A DNA stretch of 64,000 bases. It comes from Bacilli bacterium (GTDB lineage: Bacteria; Bacillota_I; Bacilli_A; RFN20; CAG-826). The position numbers and the translations under genes were made by a program. The notes beneath the pieces were generated by a model, which did no database searches, was not told where the DNA came from, and worked only from the letters and a program-made list of their open reading frames with translations. Shown here in pieces: positions 57,501-64,000 of this stretch (positions are counted from its first letter, which is position 1; each line of letters opens with the position of its first letter). The stretch spans positions 64,001 to 128,000 of the forward strand of contig JAZQOV010000006.1 in NCBI GenBank assembly GCA_045628045.1, given 5' to 3'.

Positions 57501-57625
57501 CAGAAGCTTACAATAAATCTATTTCAAGCATTAAGAAAAATAATATTGTCGTGGTTGAAGGCTATTATCGTTCACTTAAAGACGAATTCTCAGTAACTAG
57601 AGTTACTTCATTGGAGGAAAAGTAA
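54599..57625 (+). CDS. dnaE: DNA polymerase III alpha subunit (DnaE type)
   Basis: Degenerate PHP domain, GPGRGSAAGS, MPDIDVDF, KMDIL, YQEQIM, YGFNRSH, OB fold. Confidence 0.96.
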   Translation: MPFVPLHVYSGYSLLKSGLKIDQYLDVAKKRGLTTVGISDFSTFTGAPILYHEAEKRGLKVILGEDLVIENLLFSFFVLSEQGYQNLLKLSLEVEKGNNLKDVILEHNEGLAVVLTTQNDPLKASLLASEDDFAKRLAKLTRGIDNFYLGLEITNEKTYIEAIREFAFSHGYKLLAYPSIKYVKKEDAIVLEMMKAIDSKEVLETKSLEGDEYLKTPEEIANLYTEEELKNIDELVSLVNFDFAKPRGKMISWFNVTGEKGDDALARLARQGLEEKGKTSPEYISRLEFELNTIKQMGYSDYFLIVKDYIDFAKTHDIAVGPGRGSAAGSLVSYALGITVPDPLQYDLLFERFLNPARQTMPDIDVDFSDIHREEIVSYLRSKYGSNHVARIQAVQTLGAKAALNDVGRIFNYDKHDIEMFTKLIKDEKDDKLSLREIYKTNAKFRELVNNDKYYLEIVTLASKIEGLPRQGSLHAVGIVLNAEPLEGVIPLSNAFDGGYVEQFEKDYIEEQGFLKMDILALRNITIVEDCLALLNAKGIKINRDEIPYDDPAGIKLIASGKTTGLFQVDTATMRKGIASLKPKTFEDVVALLALNRPGPMAFIKNYADRRDGKEKYSYLSEALKNILGPTYGIIVYQEQIMQIASKMAGFSLGEADSFRRAVSKKDSKKLEALRSSFVKGAVNKGYKQDEANNVFNLIDKFANYGFNRSHSLVYAIFTGRMAYLKAHYPKEFYTSILANASTTEFNNTIAEMKALKIKVKCPDINESGMAFKLQGDSILFPITSVRGVSSVTAQNIEIERANGPFKDLFDFVIRMKKYRFSDAQLISLIDAGCFDSIEPSRASLRLTIPNALSYAGALLDDQGLLSIDPSFLPKPTIIKTDDDLIDNLNREFNALGLMVSGSPLDAYQTKIKSLKAKHLDEITSSTGDIKIVGIIKNIKKITTKKKQQMAYITIYDDTLETELTVFPEAYNKSISSIKKNNIVVVEGYYRSLKDEFSVTRVTSLEEK

Positions 57626-60229
57626 ATGAATAAAATTTATATTGTTGATGGCAACTCATTACTTTTTAGAGCTTATTTCGCTACTGCTGCTATGCAGGGC
57701 GACAACATCATGAGAGCTCACGATGGTACTCCAACTAATGGTGTTTTTGCATTTGCAAACATGATTAACAAAATCCTCCAAGGAATGAAAGAAGGGGATT
57801 CTATATTTGTTGGATTTGATACAGGACATCAAACTTTTAGACATAAAGAAGACGAAAATTACAAAGCAAATAGAAAACCTTGTCCAGAAGATTTAAAAAC
57901 ACAAATGCCTCTTGCAAGACAATTCCTTACATCAATGGGTATTTTCTGGTACGAAAAAGAAGGATACGAAGCTGATGACTTATGTGGAACTGTCGCAAAA
58001 CTAGGAAGTGCAAATAAAAAAGATGTTCAAATCTACACATCTGATAAAGATTTTCTTCAATTAATTGATGAAAACGTTACAGTTAATTTAATTAAAACTG
58101 GCATGTCTAATGTCGATGTTATGAATACAAAAACAATGCCAGAAAAATTTGGATTTTCTCCACTTCAAATCATTGACTATAAAGGGTTAAGGGGCGACTC
58201 ATCCGATAACCTTCCAGGTATACCTGGAGTCGGCGATAAAACCGCAGTAAAACTAATCCAAGAGTTTGGATCTTTTGAAGCAATTGTTGAAGCTGCTAAA
58301 GATATGAAATCTAAAGTTGGAGAATCAATTGTTCAAAATCAAGACTTAGGAAGACATTGCTACGAAATGGCAAAGATTGAAACTAATGTTGAAATTCCAT
58401 TTGGGCTTGATGAAATTGTCTATACTGGCTACGAATTTGGAAAAATTAATGACTTCTGTAATTCGCTAGACATGAAACAAATTTTAAATAGACTTCCTCA
58501 AAGCTACAAAAAGATGAATGTTGAAGAATTGACAAAAGTTGAATACGAAGAAGTTAATTCCTTGGATGATGTAGAAATTGAAGATGAAATTGCAATCGCA
58601 CTAGACATTGAACCTGGCAATTATCACGAGGCTTTAGTGCACGGAATGGCACTTGTTGGCAAATCAAAAATCGTTTATATTCGCGAGGAAAATTTCAAAA
58701 ATACCGGCAAATTTGCGGATATTTTAGCAAATCCATCTATCAAAAAATATTGTTACGATTATAAATCAATTAAGGTTGCTTTATCACATTTAGGATTTGA
58801 AATTGAAAGCTTATATTTTGATGTCCTTCTTGCTGCATATCTTCTTGATTCAACGCTAAATAATAACGCTGAACAAATAATGAATTATCTCGGTTCTGAT
58901 ATCTCATCAAAAGAAAATGGGTTATCTCTTTTCGACAATTCAAATCCGGAGCGCACTGCTAAACTTGCTTTCGCATCCAAAAAAGTTGCAAATAAGTGCT
59001 TCGCTGAACTTGAAAAATTGGAATGCAAAAAACTTTATGAAGAAGTTGAAATTCCTTTAGCAAGCGTTTTAGCAGAAATTGAAATTGAAGGCTTCCCACT
59101 TCATGAGGATGTTCTTTTAAAAATGGGAGAAAACTTCAAAATCAATCTTAACAATATTCGCACAAGAATATTTGAAATGGCGGGCGAAGAATTTAATGTT
59201 GATTCACCAAAACAGGTTGGCGAAATTTTATACAACAAACTTCATTTGGCAGATCCTTCAAAAGGAATGTCTACATCTGTCGATGCAATGAAATATATGC
59301 TCGATAAACACCCAATTGTAAGTGAGATTCTATTATATAGAAAATATGCAAAATTATTATCTACTTATGTCGATGGATTAATTGCTCACATTCATGGTGA
59401 TGGCAAAATTCACGCTATCTTTAATCAAGCTTTAACTCAAACAGGAAGATTATCTTCTAGCGAACCAAATTTACAAAATATTTCTGTCCGTGATGAAGAA
59501 GGAAAAATGATCAGAAAAGCTTTCTTCTATGACGATGAAGATATTTCAATTCTTTCCTTAGATTACAGTCAAATTGAATTAAGGATTCTTGCATCGCTTT
59601 CGGGTTGTAAAACATTGCAATCTGTATTTGAATCAGGAGAAGACATCCACGCCGCCACAGCAAAAAAGGTTTTTCACACCGAAAATCCAACCCCGCTTGA
59701 AAGAAGAAAAGCAAAAGCTGTTAACTTCGGAATCATTTATGGAATATCTGATTTTGGTTTAGCAGAACAAATTGGATGTTCTAGAAAAGAAGCTAAAGAA
59801 ATTATTACAAGCTTCTATGAAGCTTATCCTGAAATAAGCAAATACTTCCAAAAAATAAACGAAGAAGTTAATGATAAGGAATGCGTTTCTACCTTACTAG
59901 GAAGAAAACGTTTCTTACGTGAAATTCATGACGCTAACTATCAAGTTAGAGAATTTGCTAGACGTGCTGCAATGAATGCTCCGATCCAAGGAACAGCAGC
60001 AGACTTAATTAAAATTGCAATGATTCAAGTAAATAAGGCTCTTAAGGAACAACATTTGAAGAGCAAGATTATTTGTCAAATTCACGACGAACTTTTGTTA
60101 AAGGTTCCTTCAAGCGAAAAAGAAAAAGTATACGAAATAGTCAAAAATATCATGGAAAATGCCATGAAATTAGATGTCAAACTAGAAGTTGATGGAGGAT
60201 TCGGCCGCACTTGGTACGATTGTAAATAA
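57626..60229 (+). CDS. polA: DNA polymerase I
   Basis: DGNSL, EADD, GDSSDN, TGRLSS..PNLQNI, DYSQIELR, KAVNFGIIYG, QIHDEL. Confidence 0.97.
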   Translation: MNKIYIVDGNSLLFRAYFATAAMQGDNIMRAHDGTPTNGVFAFANMINKILQGMKEGDSIFVGFDTGHQTFRHKEDENYKANRKPCPEDLKTQMPLARQFLTSMGIFWYEKEGYEADDLCGTVAKLGSANKKDVQIYTSDKDFLQLIDENVTVNLIKTGMSNVDVMNTKTMPEKFGFSPLQIIDYKGLRGDSSDNLPGIPGVGDKTAVKLIQEFGSFEAIVEAAKDMKSKVGESIVQNQDLGRHCYEMAKIETNVEIPFGLDEIVYTGYEFGKINDFCNSLDMKQILNRLPQSYKKMNVEELTKVEYEEVNSLDDVEIEDEIAIALDIEPGNYHEALVHGMALVGKSKIVYIREENFKNTGKFADILANPSIKKYCYDYKSIKVALSHLGFEIESLYFDVLLAAYLLDSTLNNNAEQIMNYLGSDISSKENGLSLFDNSNPERTAKLAFASKKVANKCFAELEKLECKKLYEEVEIPLASVLAEIEIEGFPLHEDVLLKMGENFKINLNNIRTRIFEMAGEEFNVDSPKQVGEILYNKLHLADPSKGMSTSVDAMKYMLDKHPIVSEILLYRKYAKLLSTYVDGLIAHIHGDGKIHAIFNQALTQTGRLSSSEPNLQNISVRDEEGKMIRKAFFYDDEDISILSLDYSQIELRILASLSGCKTLQSVFESGEDIHAATAKKVFHTENPTPLERRKAKAVNFGIIYGISDFGLAEQIGCSRKEAKEIITSFYEAYPEISKYFQKINEEVNDKECVSTLLGRKRFLREIHDANYQVREFARRAAMNAPIQGTAADLIKIAMIQVNKALKEQHLKSKIICQIHDELLLKVPSSEKEKVYEIVKNIMENAMKLDVKLEVDGGFGRTWYDCK

Positions 60230-61614
60230 TGCCAGAATTACCAGAAGTAGAAACAGTAAAATCGGTATTAGAAGAGCTCACACTTGGTAAGAAAATCACA
60301 AGTGTTGATGTTTTAAGAAAGCAAACAATCGAAGGTGACACATCCGATTTTTGCAAAAAAGTAATAAATTCAACCATTACTTCTTTTGAAAGAATTGGCA
60401 AATTTATAATTTTCCATCTATCGAATAAAAATGTAATTATTTCCCACCTCAGAATGGAAGGAAAATATTTCCTTAAAAATGAGAACGAAAAAATCACAAA
60501 GCACGATTTAGTCGTTTTCCATTTCTCAGATAAAACAAAACTTTTATACAATGACACTCGAAGATTTGGAAGAATGAGTGTTGAAAATGAAACAAATTAT
60601 AAAGATGTTCCACCACTAAATCACGTTGGCCCAGATCCATTTATGATGAAAGACTCTTCACTATTAGTGAAATCTTTCAAAAATAAGTCAATTGCAATAA
60701 AAACTGCATTGCTTGATCAAAGCATTATGTCTGGTTTAGGAAACATTTATGTTGATGAAGTTTTATTTGCAACAAAAGTGCATCCTGAAACTCCAGCAAA
60801 AATAATCTCTAATAAAAAACTAGATGAAATTTGGAAACAATCAAAAGTTGTTCTTCAAAAAGCAATTGATGCTGGCGGATCAACAATCAAATCATATCAT
60901 CCAAGAGAAGGTATTTCTGGTAACTTCCAAGTCAATTTGAAAGTCTATGGCAAGAACAATTCCAAATGCCCTAACTGCGGAAATAATTTAAGAAAGATTT
61001 TTGTTAATGGAAGAGGAACAACTTATTGTCCTCATTGTCAAAAAAACCCAGGAATTCCACCACTTTTTGGAGTAACAGGTCCGATTGGAGCTGGAAAATC
61101 TACTGTTTCTAAGCTATTTGAAAAACATGACTTTTTGCATTTAGATTGTGATGAGATTGTTCATGATTTATATAAAACTAAAGAGGTTCAAACCAAACTT
61201 AAAAAAATAATTCCTGATCTTAAAATTAAGAATCACGACATCGATAGAGAATGGCTCAGAAACTATTTAATTGGAAATCCAAATAAGAAGAAACAACTTG
61301 AGAAAATCGTTCATAAAGAAGTTGTTGCTTTTGTAGAAAACGAACTCAAGCATTCAAAAAAGCCAATTGTTTTAGAAGCTGCATTTTTATTCGAAACCGA
61401 TCTTCATCTTTTGTGCGACAAAACTATTTATGTCTCAACAAATAAAGATAAACAAATCTCTAACTTAAAATCACGCAAAGTTGATGTTGAAAAATCACTT
61501 AAATTAAACTCAAATTACAATCATAAAAATATGAAAAAAGCGACACACATTATCATAAATGATAAAGATGTCGCTAATCTAGATAAACAAGTCGCAATTA
61601 TTTGCGGTAAATAG
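60229..61614 (+). CDS. mutM-coaE: Fused formamidopyrimidine-DNA glycosylase / dephospho-CoA kinase
   Basis: MPELPEVE, GLGNIY, CPNC...CPHC zinc finger, then in frame GVTGPIGAGKST, DCDEI, LFE. Confidence 0.9.
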   Translation: MPELPEVETVKSVLEELTLGKKITSVDVLRKQTIEGDTSDFCKKVINSTITSFERIGKFIIFHLSNKNVIISHLRMEGKYFLKNENEKITKHDLVVFHFSDKTKLLYNDTRRFGRMSVENETNYKDVPPLNHVGPDPFMMKDSSLLVKSFKNKSIAIKTALLDQSIMSGLGNIYVDEVLFATKVHPETPAKIISNKKLDEIWKQSKVVLQKAIDAGGSTIKSYHPREGISGNFQVNLKVYGKNNSKCPNCGNNLRKIFVNGRGTTYCPHCQKNPGIPPLFGVTGPIGAGKSTVSKLFEKHDFLHLDCDEIVHDLYKTKEVQTKLKKIIPDLKIKNHDIDREWLRNYLIGNPNKKKQLEKIVHKEVVAFVENELKHSKKPIVLEAAFLFETDLHLLCDKTIYVSTNKDKQISNLKSRKVDVEKSLKLNSNYNHKNMKKATHIIINDKDVANLDKQVAIICGK

Positions 61615-62521
61615 AAGCTCCTGTTAGATCAAATTCTTTTTGGCACATATCTAGCAATAAATTGCCAAGTTGTTTTCCTCTAATTTCTCCACCATTTTTA
61701 CCAACAGAATATAGTTTTTGAATTTCTTTAATTGTGAATTCACTAGAGATAAAAGTCGCTCTTTCGTTATGACTTCTTTCATTTAAAACAGGAATAACAA
61801 TTTGATCTCTAATAAATTCGTTCTTATATTCTTGTCCAAAATCATCAATGACTAAAAGAGGTATATTTGAGAGCATTTCAATAGCTTTTTTGAAGCCTTC
61901 TTTATCAGAATACGCAATATCTGCTAATGTTTTAAATTGTTTTGAGGAGTTTATAATTGCCACTGGTCCGCGTCCCAATGCAACAAATTCATTTGCAAAT
62001 GTAACAAGAATGAATGATTTTCCAACCTTATGATTCCCAGTAACAAATAACCAACGATTGGATTTGCCTTTGGCAACATTTACAAATTCTTTTATAAGAG
62101 GGCGTCTATTTTCGCTTAAATCTAATTTTTTAACACGTGATTCTTTCCATTCTTCTGGGAAATCTTTTACAACGTACTTAGAATCAAGCTCCATGTGCTC
62201 CATCATCTTTTTACATGGTTCACTTCTAGTGGTAATGTATGAACCGTCTTTATAAACATACATTGAAATATGTCTATTTTGTTTTGGGCATTTTTCAAAA
62301 CCTGGACAGTTTTTGCAAACATTGAAGTCTTCTTGATAATCGGCGATTTTACCAATATTATCGCGAACTTCTTTATTTGTTAAACCTAAAGGTTTAAGAG
62401 ATTCGTAAACATCTTTATCAGATTTTAAAGAGGCTAAAAGTTGCTCAATAAGGGACTTTAAATCGACAGTTTTATCAATAATGTCTTTTTTATCGAATTC
62501 TTTAAGTTCATTATTTGCCAT
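61598..62521 (-). CDS. dnaI: Primosomal helicase loader ATPase DnaI
   Basis: Cys-rich N-terminus, GNHKVGKS, LVIDDFG.E, RD...LNER; downstream of dnaB. Confidence 0.85.
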   Translation of the reverse strand: MANNELKEFDKKDIIDKTVDLKSLIEQLLASLKSDKDVYESLKPLGLTNKEVRDNIGKIADYQEDFNVCKNCPGFEKCPKQNRHISMYVYKDGSYITTRSEPCKKMMEHMELDSKYVVKDFPEEWKESRVKKLDLSENRRPLIKEFVNVAKGKSNRWLFVTGNHKVGKSFILVTFANEFVALGRGPVAIINSSKQFKTLADIAYSDKEGFKKAIEMLSNIPLLVIDDFGQEYKNEFIRDQIVIPVLNERSHNERATFISSEFTIKEIQKLYSVGKNGGEIRGKQLGNLLLDMCQKEFDLTGASIYRK

Positions 62522-63749
62522 TCTTTTTTACCTCCAATTCATTTAATAAATCATTCATCTCATCAAGTGAGATTTCATTGTCTTCACCAAATTCTTCTTT
62601 TGATTTGTTTAATAATTTCTTATTTTGCTTTCCACCAATGCGTTTTAAGTAGTTCATTGCATCAACTGTTGTAAGAACACCTTGTCTAGCAAGAGATGAT
62701 GCAATTTTCTCAGCATAATTTTTAGAAAGAATATTATTATTCTTATATAGTACATATTCGACTATTACATTGATTATTCCACTTCCAAATCCATAATCTT
62801 TTGAAAGTGAATTTACAATTTCAATATCACTTTTTGCAGGTTTAGTTCCTTGTTGTAAATATTGAAGGAATTTAGCAGGAGCGACTTCTTCCATCATTCT
62901 GATTTTATTAGCGAGTTCCGTATTACCAGAAACATTTGATTTAGAAATATTGTTAACTTGAGAGAATCTAATCTCTTTTTCACAATGATTTTTGATTTTT
63001 TCAAAATCTAAATGAGTAGATCCTTCAGTAATATATTCATCAATAATAATGAAGGCCATTTGTTTTTCGGCTAAACCGAATAAAGCAGCAAGTCTCGAGA
63101 TTTCTTTCATATCTTTCTTCTTAAAAGAAGAAACATCGATTCCAGAATTATCGCTTACATAGCCAAAAAATAAATCATAATTAAATTCAAGGTTAGCTCT
63201 TCCGTGATCTCTTCCAATAATTGTTCCACCAAATTCTTTTCTAAATGAAGGGTCGTCATAGTCGAGTTTATAGACATCAACAAATGATGCACTAATTTCT
63301 TTATATTCCTCTGGTATAACTAAATTTACTTTGTATTTATTAGCAAGGCGTTTAGCTTCTTTTTCACCAACGCTTAAGATTAGTAATCCTTTAAATAAAA
63401 CGTCATCAAAGAATGCTTTTGGCGATTTTGGAGAATAAATTACATAAATGTAACAACGCACATCTTCGGCCTTAGATTCATAAGTTCTAATTAACCCGAC
63501 GGCCTCTAAATATTTGCGTGCGCTATGGAATTCGCCAGCTCTAAATTGCATACTTTTAAGTAATTGTTCAGTTTTAAAAATATTTCCACCATCAGCATTT
63601 CTTGTCTGTCTTAAAAGTGTTAAGTAAAGGATTGTTGCTTGAGCACCAATAATTGGTTGATAAAGCTCAACAAGTGAATCCTTGTCAATATTAGTAATTA
63701 GAGATGCGACCCTTATTTCATAAAAGTCGTTTTTCGATACATAATCCAT
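62511..63749 (-). CDS. dnaB: Replication initiation/membrane attachment protein DnaB (Firmicutes loader; start revised to 63749)
   Basis: LYQPIIG..A..LY, LEAVGLIRTY, P.SP..FF.D, INVIVEY. Confidence 0.85.
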   Translation of the reverse strand: MDYVSKNDFYEIRVASLITNIDKDSLVELYQPIIGAQATILYLTLLRQTRNADGGNIFKTEQLLKSMQFRAGEFHSARKYLEAVGLIRTYESKAEDVRCYIYVIYSPKSPKAFFDDVLFKGLLILSVGEKEAKRLANKYKVNLVIPEEYKEISASFVDVYKLDYDDPSFRKEFGGTIIGRDHGRANLEFNYDLFFGYVSDNSGIDVSSFKKKDMKEISRLAALFGLAEKQMAFIIIDEYITEGSTHLDFEKIKNHCEKEIRFSQVNNISKSNVSGNTELANKIRMMEEVAPAKFLQYLQQGTKPAKSDIEIVNSLSKDYGFGSGIINVIVEYVLYKNNNILSKNYAEKIASSLARQGVLTTVDAMNYLKRIGGKQNKKLLNKSKEEFGEDNEISLDEMNDLLNELEVKKNGK

Positions 63750-63823
63750 TGTGAAATAATCTATCAAAAATCAGGCTAATTTTCAATCAAAAAGTTTCGA
63801 TGAATTCAGCACTTTTTTGAAAT

Positions 63824-63917
63824 TGTGGATAACTTATACACACGCTAGTAATTTCTTTCTCACATTTTATCGAGTATTTTTATATCGTTAACAAAGTTAT
63901 CCACAGACTTACCCACA
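63824..63917. promoter_or_regulatory. Cluster of four DnaA boxes
   Basis: TGTGGATAA 63824-63832, TTATACACA 63834-63842, TTATCCACA 63897-63905, TTACCCACA 63909-63917. Confidence 0.8.
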
Positions 63918-63965
63918 AAGAAAAATATTTATTTTTAATAAGAGAAAATTGTATAATGTTTTTGT

Positions 63966-64000
63966 ATGAAGAAGTATTTAGCATTTGACATTGGGGCTAC
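63966..64000 (+). CDS. Start of a probable ROK-family protein (truncated by window)
   Basis: MKKYLAFDIGA.. matches the ROK/sugar kinase DIGGT phosphate-1 motif; TATAAT 8 nt upstream. Confidence 0.55.
   Translation, partial: MKKYLAFDIGA

Noticed and set aside
60177-60557. 126-aa minus-strand ORF
   Set aside because: Antisense to the polA/mutM junction

Overview
AT-rich chromosomal segment of a reduced-genome, low-GC Bacilli-type bacterium. It uses the standard code (TGA = stop), and its gene order resembles uncultured Mollicutes-like/Erysipelotrichales-related gut lineages (taxonomy is inference). From left to right: a small accessory patch around tRNA-Arg(UCU) (XRE-TM regulator, Fic-wHTH, YwaF-type membrane protein, Phd-PIN toxin-antitoxin); a housekeeping block (uvrC, mutS2, rnhC, rluD-lspA-ileS with T-box, ftsZ-ftsA, rsmH-yceD-pheT-pheS with T-box); two very acidic lipoproteins; trmH, an M48-like protein, an ABC-2 exporter and DUF523. 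Next is a ~22.5 kb alpha-glucan locus (neopullulanase, giant MalK, lipoprotein amylase, MalGFE, lipoprotein pullulanase, starch-binding-like lipoprotein, CotH kinase lipoprotein, malQ, dUTPase, glgP, glgB), then ackA, nrnA, a phosphatase, dnaE-polA-mutM/coaE fusion, and inverted dnaB-dnaI with a DnaA-box cluster. No CRISPR, rRNA, transposase or prophage was seen. The most notable items are a structured candidate sRNA with duplicated anti-RBS loops, a dodecamer array at the Fic promoter, pervasive leaderless genes, the CotH-containing surface starch system with a triple-TOBE/coiled-coil MalK, and an atypical pheS T-box.
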